From IMG/VR virus record IMGVR_UViG_3300044878_000062: a stretch of 64,000 bases of DNA; one strand, written 5' to 3'. The notes under the pieces are model-generated. The model had not been told where the DNA came from, searched no databases, and saw nothing but the letters and a program-made list of their open reading frames with translations. Each line of letters opens with the position of its first letter. Position 1 is the first letter of the stretch. Shown in pieces: positions 9,812 through 20,354 of the stretch. Position numbers and translations under genes: made by a program. Source of the stretch: a virus.

Positions 9812-10384
9812 ATGATGGAGCAAAAGCACCACACGGCAGCGTACAAGATTTGGCACTACTTTGTGGAGTGTATGATCCCTCAGATGTACTTGTACTCTGA
9901 GGAGTACGTGAAGAAGTTTGGCTTGTACAGTTCTGGCGATCCTGACATTGACTCACAAGCCTATCAGTCGACGGTGCGTGCCCAATTGACTGTAGCCCAG
10001 ATGGCCACCTACTTCTTTGCGGGTGCTCCTATCTCGCTGGTGAACCCTGATGAGTCGAAACAGATCTACGGATGGATCGTGGCTCACTTAGGGGACTGGC
10101 AAGAAGAAGTGCACAAAGACCCCAACCTGAAAGACCAAGTTCCGGTCGATGACCTGCGGATGTTGGATGATTTCGCTAAAGAGATCTACCCAATGGCTCG
10201 GCAGCACATGGATCACGAGATCAGCGGCTCTAGGCTCTTCCGTAGCTTGGATCGACTGTCTCGCCGTAGTCTACGTCGGGATGGCGCTACTCCTGTGCAG
10301 AAGGCCTCTGAGGTCCCTACAGAGCACAACCCAATGGCGCAAGCGATTGTACGTGAAGTCGATCGTCGAGGAGGTCGTGTATGA
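9812..10384 (+). CDS. Conserved phiKZ-like hypothetical protein (gp100-like position)
   Basis: 190 aa, translationally coupled to neighbours. Confidence 0.6.
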   Translation: MMEQKHHTAAYKIWHYFVECMIPQMYLYSEEYVKKFGLYSSGDPDIDSQAYQSTVRAQLTVAQMATYFFAGAPISLVNPDESKQIYGWIVAHLGDWQEEVHKDPNLKDQVPVDDLRMLDDFAKEIYPMARQHMDHEISGSRLFRSLDRLSRRSLRRDGATPVQKASEVPTEHNPMAQAIVREVDRRGGRV

Positions 10385-11739
10385 TTGAAGCCAGCACGAT
10401 CATGAATGAGGTCACCAAGATCACGCAGGGTGGTGCACAAGCTGTTCACTACCTTTACGAGGTCTGGTTCCAACTGCCGGATGGGAAGATCGTTAACCCA
10501 CTGCGCATGACCTCTATTGACGTGGTCCGTGACTTCGCTGAGAACTACGCAGACGCGGTGGTTTTGGAAGCTGTGTTCGGGATGGGTACGCTGACTAAAA
10601 ATCTCTACCCTTTCAAGAACGACCTCAAGTGTGTGATCCAACGCCAGTACATCGGTGAGGTTCAAGACACAGTAGACGCCAGTGCGCCAGTGGAAACGCT
10701 GGTGTACACCGCAGTGCTGATGGACGTGAGAGACCATTCGAAAGAAGCGGCCTCTCCTCTATTAGACAGTGTGGAGTCTGGTGACCTAGGGGACGTGACC
10801 AAAGTACAGTTCCAGTTGATGGACGCCATGTCAGAGTGGTTACGCTCGTGTGCTACTGGTGGGGTGTTCAAACAAACCACAGCGCATGAAGTGTTGACTA
10901 CGATCCTGACGTCTGAGTCTACCAAGATGCCGGTAGAGCGTGGACTGTCTATTGACCACATCGACATTGCTCCTGCGGATAACACCGAACGTCGTGCTCA
11001 CGTCGTGGTTCCTCACGGGACTCCACTGATGGCGCTACCGAACTACTTGCAAGACAAGTGTGGCGGTATCTACAACAGTGAGATCGGTTTTTATCTACAT
11101 CAGGGCTCTTGGTATGTATGGCCTCTGTTTAACACACAACGCTTCGAAGCTTCTCCTAATGGCTTGACGATTATCAACATTCCAGAGAACCGGATGCCGG
11201 GGATCGAGCGAACGTTTCGTCAGACTGCTAACCAAGTGATCATCATTGCTACAGGTGCCACTCGGTCGGTAGATAGCTCTGCTGCTAGTCAGTTGGGTGA
11301 AGGTAATGGTTTCCGCATGACGGATGCCAAAGCTATCTTTGAAGACTTCGGTAAGACCGTGGGTAACGTGACGACTCTCTCACGAGGGAAGAACGTTACT
11401 GAGTTGTTGTTCGACGAAGCCAAAGGCGGGCTAAACCACGTCGTGAATGCGGCGCAGGGAATCTCTAACAACTTGATGTCTGCGTTGTCGAAGATCTCTG
11501 CTCGGAAGGGCCAAGTCGTACAAACCCTGTGGGAGAACTCTCGTGGTAGTTTGATCTACCCTGGGATGCCTGTGCGTTATCTCTACGAAAGTGGTGGAGA
11601 GACTATCGAGAAGTTTGGCGTGGTCACTTCAGCACAAGACTTCATTCACTTGAAGGGTAACGGGATGTCTGCTCGTCGTTACGTGTCGAACACTTCCCTG
11701 ACCCTGTTCCTGGAACAAGATGATGCCAAATCCAGTTAA
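10381..11739 (+). CDS. Virion structural protein, probable baseplate hub (phiKZ gp101-like)
   Basis: 452 aa; RDF...YAD, LPNYLQ..GGIY, WENS..LIYPGMPV motifs. Confidence 0.65.
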   Translation: MIEASTIMNEVTKITQGGAQAVHYLYEVWFQLPDGKIVNPLRMTSIDVVRDFAENYADAVVLEAVFGMGTLTKNLYPFKNDLKCVIQRQYIGEVQDTVDASAPVETLVYTAVLMDVRDHSKEAASPLLDSVESGDLGDVTKVQFQLMDAMSEWLRSCATGGVFKQTTAHEVLTTILTSESTKMPVERGLSIDHIDIAPADNTERRAHVVVPHGTPLMALPNYLQDKCGGIYNSEIGFYLHQGSWYVWPLFNTQRFEASPNGLTIINIPENRMPGIERTFRQTANQVIIIATGATRSVDSSAASQLGEGNGFRMTDAKAIFEDFGKTVGNVTTLSRGKNVTELLFDEAKGGLNHVVNAAQGISNNLMSALSKISARKGQVVQTLWENSRGSLIYPGMPVRYLYESGGETIEKFGVVTSAQDFIHLKGNGMSARRYVSNTSLTLFLEQDDAKSS

Positions 11740-12361
11740 GCCGTTCTTTATTTCTTTCGAGGGTATCGACTTCAGCGGTAAGTCGTCGATGTTGCGAGCA
11801 GTCAAAGCTTGGCTGGAAGAACGTGTCCCTAACACGATTGTTAACTCTAACGAACCCGGTGGCACTGAGGTTGGTGTAGAGCTGCGACAGACTCTGCTCA
11901 AGAAGCGCGAAGAGATCTACCATCCGCTTTCTGAGCTGTTTACTTTCATGGCTCTGCGTCACCAGAACGTACACAACCTGATTATCCCTAACCTCGAGTT
12001 GGGGAACATCGTGTTGTTCGATCGCTTTGTCGATTCGTCGTACGCCATGCAACACTACGCCGGTGACGTTTCTGAAGCTGACTACAAGGCCGTCGAAGAG
12101 ATGACCTTGAAAGGCTTCCGTCCTGATCTCGTGATCTACCTCGACATCTGCCCTACGGTTTCGTTCCTACGTCAGACTGATGAAGAGCGTCGTAAGGATC
12201 GTATCGAGGAGAAAGGCATGGATTACCACCACGCCGTTCGTGAAGGCTTCTTGACTCGTTTCGCTACGATGCCTGAGACCACGTTGATCTTGGATGGTGA
12301 ACTCCCAATCATCGAAAACCTTCCCAAGGTGATCGCTGTGTTGGAAGAGCGCTTCCTGTAA
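11720..12361 (+). CDS. tmk: Thymidylate kinase
   Basis: FISFEGIDFSGKSS P-loop, EPGGT, LFDRF, PDLVIYLD. Confidence 0.95.
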   Translation: MMPNPVKPFFISFEGIDFSGKSSMLRAVKAWLEERVPNTIVNSNEPGGTEVGVELRQTLLKKREEIYHPLSELFTFMALRHQNVHNLIIPNLELGNIVLFDRFVDSSYAMQHYAGDVSEADYKAVEEMTLKGFRPDLVIYLDICPTVSFLRQTDEERRKDRIEEKGMDYHHAVREGFLTRFATMPETTLILDGELPIIENLPKVIAVLEERFL

Positions 12362-12366
12362 CAGAC

Positions 12367-12403
12367 GGCATAGGGAGAGGCCCGAAGGCCTCTCCTTTTA
12401 TGC
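12367..12403. terminator. Bidirectional terminator between convergent genes, flanked by GGCATA and TATGC
   Basis: ggcatagggagaggcc-cgaa-ggcctctccttttatgc. Confidence 0.85.
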
Positions 12404-12856
12404 GGCTTCGTTGTTGTAGATGGTGAGATCTACGTCACCCAGGTAAACCCAGCTACCGTCTACGGCACTGAGTTTCAGCACGCGGTTTTCACCGGCTGGG
12501 ATGTCGAGGCTTGCACCCGCTTCAAACTCGATCTCGCTAGGGATCAGCTTGTAACGAGTGGCGATCAGGGTGATGATCTTCTCGAGAGTGTCACCGGCTT
12601 CCAGCGTGTACTTGGTCGACTTGATGATCTCTTGGATATACAAGCGACGGTAGTTCAGCGTCTGCGTACCGTAGAACTCGTTGTTCAGAGTACACTCCAC
12701 TGAGAGGCTGGAGTTCTTAACGGTGATGTCACCGGTCATGTCGATTTGAGTCAGGTCGCTCAGAACGAAATCGGCCAACGTAAAGGTCGTGCCGTTGGTT
12801 TCGTTGATCTGTGCGATGACATTGTCTAACGGGCTAATAGTGTGGTCAACGAGCAC
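12398..12856 (-). CDS. Tail-fibre-family paralog (single shared domain)
   Basis: INETNGTTFT, YGTQTLNYRRL, SWVYLG motifs shared with the array. Confidence 0.75.
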   Translation of the reverse strand: MLVDHTISPLDNVIAQINETNGTTFTLADFVLSDLTQIDMTGDITVKNSSLSVECTLNNEFYGTQTLNYRRLYIQEIIKSTKYTLEAGDTLEKIITLIATRYKLIPSEIEFEAGASLDIPAGENRVLKLSAVDGSWVYLGDVDLTIYNNEAA

Positions 12857-12991
12857 GTTGGTAACTCCTGTGAGGGGTCAGAGAATGTAGGGCCGTCTAT
12901 AACGATAAGTGTCTTGGGGTGCTACGTATAAAATTATCCATTATTAATATGAGAAGGTATTGTGCTTTCTCGTGGATAGTCGGAGTACGCC

Positions 12992-13498
12992 ATGAAAGTT
13001 AATGCTGCAAAAAGTGCCATCCAGAACATTCTGGACCTGGTCAATGGTGCTAACGCCGGTCAGACTATCACCTCCGCTCAGGTCACCGTAGGTGCCCCAA
13101 GCGTTGTTGCTGGTACTGGCGGTCGTAACACTGAAGTTACCCTGACTGCTATCGCTGATTACACCGGTACTCAGACCTACGCATACACCCGTCGTAGCAT
13201 TGCTACCGACGCTGTTGCGTCGACCGCCCCAGCCAAGGTTGATACCCTGGTTGACGACGATCAAGCTGAGTCCGTGGTTAAAGTCCTGGCTGCTCTGGGC
13301 CTGGTCGCTGGCGAATTCGACTACAGCGCTTTCAGCGCTCCTGTTGATGCCGACACCGACGGTTCCATCACCCTGACCGCCAAGGCTACCAGCCTGTTGT
13401 ACACCGGCGTGCGCGTTGTACCTCTGTCCTTGGCTGATACCAGCCTGGCCAGCGCTACCCCAGTAACTGACCTGGACGGCTTCGAAGCTGAAGCCTAA
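12992..13498 (+). CDS. Tail-fibre-family paralog, probably high-copy
   Basis: RNTEVTL, YTGTQTYAYTRR, SLLYTG, C-terminal LASATPVTDLDGF; strongest codon bias in the array. Confidence 0.8.
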   Translation: MKVNAAKSAIQNILDLVNGANAGQTITSAQVTVGAPSVVAGTGGRNTEVTLTAIADYTGTQTYAYTRRSIATDAVASTAPAKVDTLVDDDQAESVVKVLAALGLVAGEFDYSAFSAPVDADTDGSITLTAKATSLLYTGVRVVPLSLADTSLASATPVTDLDGFEAEA

Positions 13499-13511
13499 GG
13501 TTTAGTTACAA

Positions 13512-13545
13512 CATAGAGGCCGGGGTCACACCCGGCTTTTATGCC
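13512..13545 (+). terminator. Hairpin CATA...TATGCC
   Basis: catagaggccggg-gtcaca-cccggcttttatgcc. Confidence 0.8.
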
Positions 13546-13569
13546 ATCTTCGACTGAGGAAATAGTAAG

Positions 13570-14529
13570 ATGAAACTCAACTTAAATGTCAGTGCGCTGG
13601 CTAACGTTTGTGCCTTGGTCAACGAGAAGAACGGTACGTTGTTGTCCGACACTCGTGTGACTGCCGGTACTGTAGAAGCGGCCACTGGAGACACTGGCGA
13701 TAACTCGCAAGTGACCCTGACTGGTATTGCTGGACATGGCTACACGGGTTCCCGAACGTACACCTACGACCGTTACGATCTGTTAGGTGGACGTGACACA
13801 GACCCTGATCGCGTAGTGGTTGCCACTGGTGACACTCAGGAACAAATCAAAGCCAAGGTGTGTGATGCCCACGCTTTGCTGCCTTCGGAACTGATCTTCA
13901 ATGACGACCTGACGATCGCAATCCCAGACACCGGTTCTGAGATCGTGACGATCCCACTGGAGACCATCCCCAATTCGCTGATCTACTTGGATGACATTCA
14001 AGAGATCAAACTGGTGCGTAGTGATCTGGCTATTCCGCTGTCACTGGCGATCCCTAACCAGTTCATCCCAGGCTTCGACAACTACCCGATTGACATCACC
14101 AAGACTGGCCCTCAGAACTTGGTAGCGATGGTGAACGCTCAGTACCCAATCGGCATGAAAGGCGTCGTGTCCAACGTAACCGGGATGTCTGCTTACACTC
14201 CTGAAGCACCAGACACCTCGAACACCCGTGCCACTATCAACGGTGACGGTACTCAGTTCTCTGGTTCTCGTGAAGTGTTCTACCGCCGGGTTACTCTGGC
14301 GTCCCAGAAGACTCCTGCTGTGACGGTGGTCGATATTGCTGCTGGCGATACTCAGACTCAGGCTCAGGTTAAAGTGGCTCTGGCTCTGAACATCGTTAAG
14401 AACGCTGTGATGTTCACTAACCACATCCAGCCTACTGAGGGCGTAGATGGTAGCGTGACTGTTACTCCGTCTGCGACCACGTTCTTGTACAACGGTCCAG
14501 CACTCAACATCACCCTGCGTCTGGTCTAA
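13570..14529 (+). CDS. Tail-fibre-family paralog with two tandem copies of the shared domain
   Basis: YTGSRTYTYDRYDL and FSGSREVFYRRVTL; GDTQEQIKAKV / GDTQTQAQVKV. Confidence 0.8.
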   Translation: MKLNLNVSALANVCALVNEKNGTLLSDTRVTAGTVEAATGDTGDNSQVTLTGIAGHGYTGSRTYTYDRYDLLGGRDTDPDRVVVATGDTQEQIKAKVCDAHALLPSELIFNDDLTIAIPDTGSEIVTIPLETIPNSLIYLDDIQEIKLVRSDLAIPLSLAIPNQFIPGFDNYPIDITKTGPQNLVAMVNAQYPIGMKGVVSNVTGMSAYTPEAPDTSNTRATINGDGTQFSGSREVFYRRVTLASQKTPAVTVVDIAAGDTQTQAQVKVALALNIVKNAVMFTNHIQPTEGVDGSVTVTPSATTFLYNGPALNITLRLV

Positions 14530-14574
14530 AGACTTATCTTTTGACTCTCCTTAAACAACGACAGGCGTTCAGTC

Positions 14575-15108
14575 ATGTATCACATTGGAATGAAATCCGC
14601 AGAGCAACTGCTCGCGCTGATCAACGATAGTAACGGTCTGTCGTTAACCCTCGATGACATCTCGTTCGAGTTGCCAGTTGCGTTGGTTCCTGAAGAACAG
14701 GAAGACCTTGCGAATACGGAGATCTTGGTTAAGTCCAAGCCTAACCGTAAACAGGAAGGTGACGTAACTGTTCGATACGACCGGATCAATCTGGCTGAAT
14801 TCGAAACACTGGCTGACCCACACGGTATTCCAGTAGACACGCCATTGACTCACGCTACGCTGTTAGCAGCGTTCAACGAGTTCTATGGTTCGGCTCTGGA
14901 ACTGGTCGACATTGACCTGACTACTGAGTTGCCACCTAACCTCGATCAAGATGAAGTAGTGACGTTTAAAGCCTCTGCTGAATCATTGGCGTACCACGGT
15001 GAGATCGAACTGTTGATTGAATCGGCAGGCTTGGATCTGGCTGTAGTGATCACCAACAAGAACCTCAACGGTCTGGTTCTGCGGTTTGCCTCGGCACAAC
15101 CTGCTTAA
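14575..15108 (+). CDS. Tail-fibre-family paralog
   Basis: NTEILV, GDVTVRYDRINLAEF, SLAYHG, C-terminal LAVVITNKNLNGL. Confidence 0.8.
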   Translation: MYHIGMKSAEQLLALINDSNGLSLTLDDISFELPVALVPEEQEDLANTEILVKSKPNRKQEGDVTVRYDRINLAEFETLADPHGIPVDTPLTHATLLAAFNEFYGSALELVDIDLTTELPPNLDQDEVVTFKASAESLAYHGEIELLIESAGLDLAVVITNKNLNGLVLRFASAQPA

Positions 15109-15111
15109 TAA

Positions 15112-15141
15112 ATGGAGGGGGCTCAGGCTCCCTCTATGCCG
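15112..15141 (+). terminator. Hairpin ending in TATGCCG
   Basis: ggagggggc-tcag-gctccctctatgccg. Confidence 0.7.
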
Positions 15142-15247
15142 CCAAGAAGGGTCGCATATACTGTGACGGTGCGTACTTTTTTACGTACTGAACGATGAAA
15201 GGATTCTTCCTTGTCCCCACTCACTTAGTACGAAAGGTAACGCCACC

Positions 15248-15781
15248 ATGGCCCAAAGCTATGACGTAAGTATGTTGTCGAAAGACCAAGTCATTGCGAT
15301 GTTGAACGATGACTACCCGCTCCTGAAATTCGCTGCCGACAAGATCACCTTTGGTGAACCTATCGCGGCCACCGGTGAGAACCCTGTCAAGAACACCGAG
15401 TTGGTAATCAACGGCGTTCCGAACAAGGGCTTCAAAGGCACCACTACCGTTTTCTACAACCGGATCGACCTCGCTGAGTTCGCGGCTGTCGACGGTCCTC
15501 CGATTCTGCAAATCGAAGGTGTTGTGAACATCGCCAGCATCTTGGCCAAGTTCAACGAAACCTACGGTTCGAATCTGGAACTGACCGACCTGCGTAACGA
15601 CCACGTCATTCCTCCACAGGAAGACATCGTCGACGGTGAAGACTTCATCATCTACGCTGGCGCCACCTCGTTCGCCTACCGTGGTAACGTGACCGTGCGT
15701 CTGCAACCGGCTGACATCGACCTCGACGTCGCTATCACCGAGAAGAACCTGAACGGTCTGGTATTCAAACTGCCAGCCTAA
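15248..15781 (+). CDS. Tail-fibre-family paralog (close paralog of 14575..15108)
   Basis: YNRIDLAEF, SFAYRG, LDVAITEKNLNGL; same length (177 aa). Confidence 0.8.
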   Translation: MAQSYDVSMLSKDQVIAMLNDDYPLLKFAADKITFGEPIAATGENPVKNTELVINGVPNKGFKGTTTVFYNRIDLAEFAAVDGPPILQIEGVVNIASILAKFNETYGSNLELTDLRNDHVIPPQEDIVDGEDFIIYAGATSFAYRGNVTVRLQPADIDLDVAITEKNLNGLVFKLPA

Positions 15782-15816
15782 GGGTTCAAGCCGTAAGCGT
15801 TAATAAACTGACGGCG

Positions 15817-15853
15817 AGGAAACCTGGAGGGTTTTCCCCTCTGGGTTTCCTCT
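15817..15853 (+). terminator. GC-rich hairpin
   Basis: gaggaaacctggaggg...ccctctgggtttcctc. Confidence 0.6.
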
Positions 15854-15887
15854 ACTATTCGTCTACCAGCATTAGGAGTGGGCCAAC

Positions 15888-16730
15888 ATGCCGCACTATA
15901 TCCAGACGCCGGAAGGTTTGGTCCGCGAGCTGATCACCAGCGTCAACCCTGTTGCGAAACCATTCACAGCAGAGAACCTGATCTTCGGTAAGCCTAGCGT
16001 CATCCTGAATGACCCGTCTGCCAACACCCAAGTGAATGTCCGTGGTGTTGATCAAGTAGACTACGACGGCCAAGTCCAGATCCGGTACAACCGACTCGAC
16101 ATCGGTGTATTGTTCGGCGGTACTTACCGCGCAGAATTCGAAGCGTTGGGTGCATCTAACCTGCACCGGTTACTCCCAGCGTTGAACCAAGCCTTGGGGA
16201 CGAACTTCACCTCCAAGGATCTACAAGACATTGACCTGAAGACTTTGGGTCAAGGGGACCAAGTAACCCTCGAGTTGCGGGCTAAGCCTGGCTCAGTAGC
16301 GTTCACTGGTTTTACCCGTGTCCTGTTCAACCGTAAGATCGTCATCCTGTCAGACTTCGTAACGGTTCGTGAGTTCACTGAGTTGAACCACCCCGATCCG
16401 ATCATTGATGGTTCTCGTAGTGCTGGTTTGCTGACGTGGGGTCAAGACTTCACGTTGATCAAGCAACACATGCGGATCATTCCGTGGTGGGCACAGTACC
16501 GTGGACAGTGGTATACCCATGCTGCCTTCGCTGAGGCACTGGCTGAGTTCTACGGGATTGAAGCTTGGCCACAGAACCCGGCTGACCCGAAGGAAACCAG
16601 TACAGTAGGCGACTACTCCACCGGACAGATCGCTAAGGCCAACCCTGAATTCCAACGAGTGATCGTACAGACCGGTATCAAAACGAACGGTTACAGCGGT
16701 ACGGCCTACTTCCACTATAACACCATCTGA
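15888..16730 (+). CDS. Two-domain tail-fibre-family protein (phiKZ gp131-135-like)
   Basis: YNRLDIGVLF; C-terminal domain TWGQDFT...ANPEFQRV...GTAYFHYN. Confidence 0.8.
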   Translation: MPHYIQTPEGLVRELITSVNPVAKPFTAENLIFGKPSVILNDPSANTQVNVRGVDQVDYDGQVQIRYNRLDIGVLFGGTYRAEFEALGASNLHRLLPALNQALGTNFTSKDLQDIDLKTLGQGDQVTLELRAKPGSVAFTGFTRVLFNRKIVILSDFVTVREFTELNHPDPIIDGSRSAGLLTWGQDFTLIKQHMRIIPWWAQYRGQWYTHAAFAEALAEFYGIEAWPQNPADPKETSTVGDYSTGQIAKANPEFQRVIVQTGIKTNGYSGTAYFHYNTI

Positions 16731-16744
16731 TCGGGAACGTTGAC

Positions 16745-17605
16745 ATGGCTTCTTTATATCCAGCTCCACGAGAAGTATTGCTGAACGTAGTGGCTGAGGA
16801 AAACAACATTGTTCTCTACCCAGAGGACTACGATTTCCTGAACCCTACCCCTGCGACGCCCCCACAGGGCTCTAGCGCTGTTTACAACACCAAGGTAACC
16901 ATTGAGGCGAACAACATCGCTGCGGCTTACCAAGAGAGTGTGGACATCTTCTACAACCGTCTGAAGCTACAAGACCTGGCGACCCTGGTGTCGTTGTCTC
17001 TGAAAGCGCCAGCAGACGTAGACACTTCCCACAAATTGATCCCATCGCTGAACGCACGCTTTGGTTTGAACCTGTTGGAAGAAGACTTGGAACTCACTCA
17101 AGCTGAGAGTCAAGGGGACTTCAAAACTATCGAGCTGATTGCTGCTGCTGGTTCGATTGGTTGGATCGGTACGGCTACTGCGACAGTGGCTGAAGGTGAA
17201 ATTGACCTTGAGACCTATCTGACCGTTACGGCGCTGCCGGGCCTGAAATACCCGACCGAGTATCCGACTCGTCCGTTCGCTCAGTTCTACAGTTACTGGC
17301 GTGACTTCACTCAGTACTACCCACAGCTCCAAGGTCTACAAGCTGGTGATCCAATCACTGCGACGATCTCTGGTCTACTGACCGCTATGACTGGCGACAC
17401 TTGGTTGACGTCGGGTCCTGGCGCTTTCAGTCTGGGTGGTGCGGTAATCACTTACGCTGGCTTGACTGCTGGTCAGGGTATCTTCAACTCTGACTATAAG
17501 TACGGCATCATCATCCGCATCGACCACACTACTGCTGACGGTATTGCGGGCGACCTGATCATCCACTTCAACGACCCTGTCGACGAAGGCGGAGACACGG
17601 TTTAA
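16745..17605 (+). CDS. Two-domain tail-fibre-family protein
   Basis: YNRLKL, SIGWIG; YWRDFT...NSDYKY...GDLIIHFN. Confidence 0.8.
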   Translation: MASLYPAPREVLLNVVAEENNIVLYPEDYDFLNPTPATPPQGSSAVYNTKVTIEANNIAAAYQESVDIFYNRLKLQDLATLVSLSLKAPADVDTSHKLIPSLNARFGLNLLEEDLELTQAESQGDFKTIELIAAAGSIGWIGTATATVAEGEIDLETYLTVTALPGLKYPTEYPTRPFAQFYSYWRDFTQYYPQLQGLQAGDPITATISGLLTAMTGDTWLTSGPGAFSLGGAVITYAGLTAGQGIFNSDYKYGIIIRIDHTTADGIAGDLIIHFNDPVDEGGDTV

Positions 17606-17617
17606 CGGAGGGTAGTG

Positions 17618-18415
17618 ATGGACGCTCAATCAAAAATCTTTGACCTGATCAATCAGGCCAACCCCGACATGTTCTACGAAGCGACCCCGGTTAACATCAC
17701 GTTAGGTGTACCGGAAGTCTTCGCTGGTGAAGAGGGGCGTAACACCCGCCTTCCAGTCTTCGGTAACGAGGGTCACGGCTACAAAGGCGTCTCACAGGTC
17801 TTCTACGAACGTATTGACATGGCGACGTTGTTCGAAGGTGTAGAGCCTTCATTCCGTGGTCTGGACTTTACTGATCTCCACACGCTGCTGGCGAAGATCA
17901 ACACTCGCTACGGTACGTGGTTGGAAGCAGTCGACATCAACAACGTAGTCTTCCCCGTGTTCACTGAGTTGGAAACCCATCACTCATTTGAGCTGGTGGT
18001 TAAAGACGCACGGTTGAACTGGGTGGGTACAGTTACCATTGAGTTGATCTATGGTAATCCTGCGCTGGAGTCTGTAGTGTTGCTGCGCCTGATGGCGTTG
18101 CTGAATCACCCACACGACATGAAGATCATTGGTACTCGTAAGTCTGGGTTGATGTCCACCTGGAACTTCGACTTCACGGCTTACAAAGACCAGCTCCTGA
18201 TTGACCCTAAAACTGGTCGGTGGGCTGAGTTCGGTATCGTGCAAGGCATCGGTGCTAAAGCAGGTTTGGTGGCTTGGCCGAACAGTACTGTGGTGGATCT
18301 TCCTACCTCAGCGGTTCCAGAAGCGAATCAGAATTTCCAACGAGTAATGGTGCAGTCTTATTCCGTTAGCGGAGTACTGGGTCCAATCTACTTCCATTAC
18401 GATCTCGACTGGTAA
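17618..18415 (+). CDS. Two-domain tail-fibre-family protein
   Basis: RNTRL, YERIDM; TWNFDFT...ANQNFQRV...GPIYFHYD. Confidence 0.8.
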   Translation: MDAQSKIFDLINQANPDMFYEATPVNITLGVPEVFAGEEGRNTRLPVFGNEGHGYKGVSQVFYERIDMATLFEGVEPSFRGLDFTDLHTLLAKINTRYGTWLEAVDINNVVFPVFTELETHHSFELVVKDARLNWVGTVTIELIYGNPALESVVLLRLMALLNHPHDMKIIGTRKSGLMSTWNFDFTAYKDQLLIDPKTGRWAEFGIVQGIGAKAGLVAWPNSTVVDLPTSAVPEANQNFQRVMVQSYSVSGVLGPIYFHYDLDW

Positions 18416-18439
18416 GTCAGGTCTCTCACAAAGGTTTGA

Positions 18440-19405
18440 ATGATGGCTATCTATAGCAAAACAGCCAAAGCAATGTTGATCGACCTGATCAACGAGGGCA
18501 ACCCTCAGCTTCCTTTCGACATCAACGAAACGGACTTTGAGTTCAGTATCCCCGAAGCAATCACCGTATTGCCAAACGGTCACAACACCAAAGTACGGGT
18601 GATGTCCAAGCCGTCCTCGGCGTACATTGGTAACGTGGTAGTAACCTACCGTCGTCTGACCCTGTCCAACATCTTCCGTAGCATGGTTCCTGAAGTTGAA
18701 CAGTGGTTCACCAACTCCAAGGTGATCAACGGTACTCAGGTGACTACGCTCTACGCCCTGTTACCTCTGTTCTCTGCCAAGTACGGTATCGTGTTGGAAG
18801 AGTCTCAGTTCAACGACGTGAGCCTGTCTACGGCCAACGGTGTGCGTGGTGACGCTTTCTCTCTGACGGCTAAAACCACTTCGTGGGCTTACATTGGCTC
18901 GGCTAGTGTCAAGTGGACCAACGGTGAGCAGACGCTGGCTTCGCTCCTGCCAGTTGACGTGATCAACGGTCGTCTGTACCCAGGCGGCAACAACTTCGAT
19001 GAGGGCTTTGTTCGTAAAGCGTTCGTGACTTCTGAGTCCTTTGACATCGACTTCACGTCGGAGAAAGTCAACCTCGAAAGTGGTTACATCGGTACGTACG
19101 CATTCGGTTACGTGAACAGTACGATCCATGGTGTCCTCAACGCCATCAAGAACGCCTTGAACTCCAAGTTGGCTGCTAAGGGTTCTACCCTCCAGTTCAA
19201 CTTCTTACAGACCGGTTCGTTGGTCAACTACAAAACCACGCCGTTCAACTTGGAAGGTATCGTGCCGACCCGCGTGGTTCTCCCGAACGGTAACTACCCA
19301 GAGGCGAACTCCGAGTTCTACAACCGCATGGTGACGTTCGTTCTACCAGCCGATTGTGAATGGGGTACTGGCCGCGTTTACATGCACTACAACGTTGAAG
19401 GTTAA
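18440..19405 (+). CDS. Two-domain tail-fibre-family protein
   Basis: HNTKV, YRRLTL; SFDIDFT...EANSEFYNR...GRVYMHYN. Confidence 0.8.
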   Translation: MMAIYSKTAKAMLIDLINEGNPQLPFDINETDFEFSIPEAITVLPNGHNTKVRVMSKPSSAYIGNVVVTYRRLTLSNIFRSMVPEVEQWFTNSKVINGTQVTTLYALLPLFSAKYGIVLEESQFNDVSLSTANGVRGDAFSLTAKTTSWAYIGSASVKWTNGEQTLASLLPVDVINGRLYPGGNNFDEGFVRKAFVTSESFDIDFTSEKVNLESGYIGTYAFGYVNSTIHGVLNAIKNALNSKLAAKGSTLQFNFLQTGSLVNYKTTPFNLEGIVPTRVVLPNGNYPEANSEFYNRMVTFVLPADCEWGTGRVYMHYNVEG

Positions 19406-19416
19406 GGGAGGCTCGA

Positions 19417-20307
19417 ATGTCTATCTATCGCAACAGTAAACAAAGCTTGGTGGATTACATCAACGCCACCAACAGCTCACCCTTGACGGTCAACGACATC
19501 ACGTTTGGTGTCCCTGCCCCGATTGCTGGTACTTGGCGTGAAGGCTTGGTGCCTCGCAACTCTGTGATCCGTATCAAGGCTACCGATGCGTCGATCTACA
19601 AAGACAGCCAAGTGCTGTGCTACGATCGTCTGGACTTGGCCTCGCTGGCTAAGTTGTTCACCTTCCGCATCAAGTCGTATCAACCAGACTCCATCCACGA
19701 CCTGATCAAACCGATCTTCCTGAAGTTCGGTATTGTCATCGATAAGGACGACGTCTTCGATGATGCGATCAACCAGATCGAAGGTCAGGACAACCACTTC
19801 ACCATCCGTGCAAAACCGGGTGCGTTGGGTTGGATTGGTCAGGTAGACGTGATCTCTACCCACGGCGCTGCGGTACTAGGTGACCACTTGACTACTACCT
19901 CGCTGCCGGGTGTTAACTACCCGCTTCCAGGTGACGGTGCAACTGGTTCGGCCCTGATGTACTTCTACGGTTACGACTGCACGGCTAACAAAGCGTTACT
20001 ACAATCGTTCCATGATGGCGACGTGTTGAGTGCGGCTAACGCTTCGGCTTTCCTCACCATGATCAACACCATGGATACCGGTAGCGGTAAGGGTCTGTGG
20101 AGCTTCGATCCGAACAGCGCGTTCAAGTGGATCATGGCTGGCGCACAAGTGGTGTACAGCGGTCTGAACGATCCGGCTCTGCCGACTAACCCATCGTACA
20201 AATACGTACTGGGCGTACAGATCGCAGCAGGCGCTGGGGCTGGCGTGACTCCACAAGGTGTGTTCTACCTGCACTTCAACGACCCAGTTGATCCTGACGC
20301 GGTCTGA
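19417..20307 (+). CDS. Two-domain tail-fibre-family protein
   Basis: YDRLDL, ALGWIG; YGYDCT...TNPSYKYV...GVFYLHFN. Confidence 0.8.
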   Translation: MSIYRNSKQSLVDYINATNSSPLTVNDITFGVPAPIAGTWREGLVPRNSVIRIKATDASIYKDSQVLCYDRLDLASLAKLFTFRIKSYQPDSIHDLIKPIFLKFGIVIDKDDVFDDAINQIEGQDNHFTIRAKPGALGWIGQVDVISTHGAAVLGDHLTTTSLPGVNYPLPGDGATGSALMYFYGYDCTANKALLQSFHDGDVLSAANASAFLTMINTMDTGSGKGLWSFDPNSAFKWIMAGAQVVYSGLNDPALPTNPSYKYVLGVQIAAGAGAGVTPQGVFYLHFNDPVDPDAV

Positions 20308-20354
20308 GCATAAAGCCCTCGGGCCAAACCGAGGGCTCATTGGGGTGAATCAAG

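Noticed and set aside
12860..12990. Individual TATG late promoters (e.g. 12947; also 6892, 31076)
   Set aside because: A 4-nt motif is too short to call single sites without TSS data
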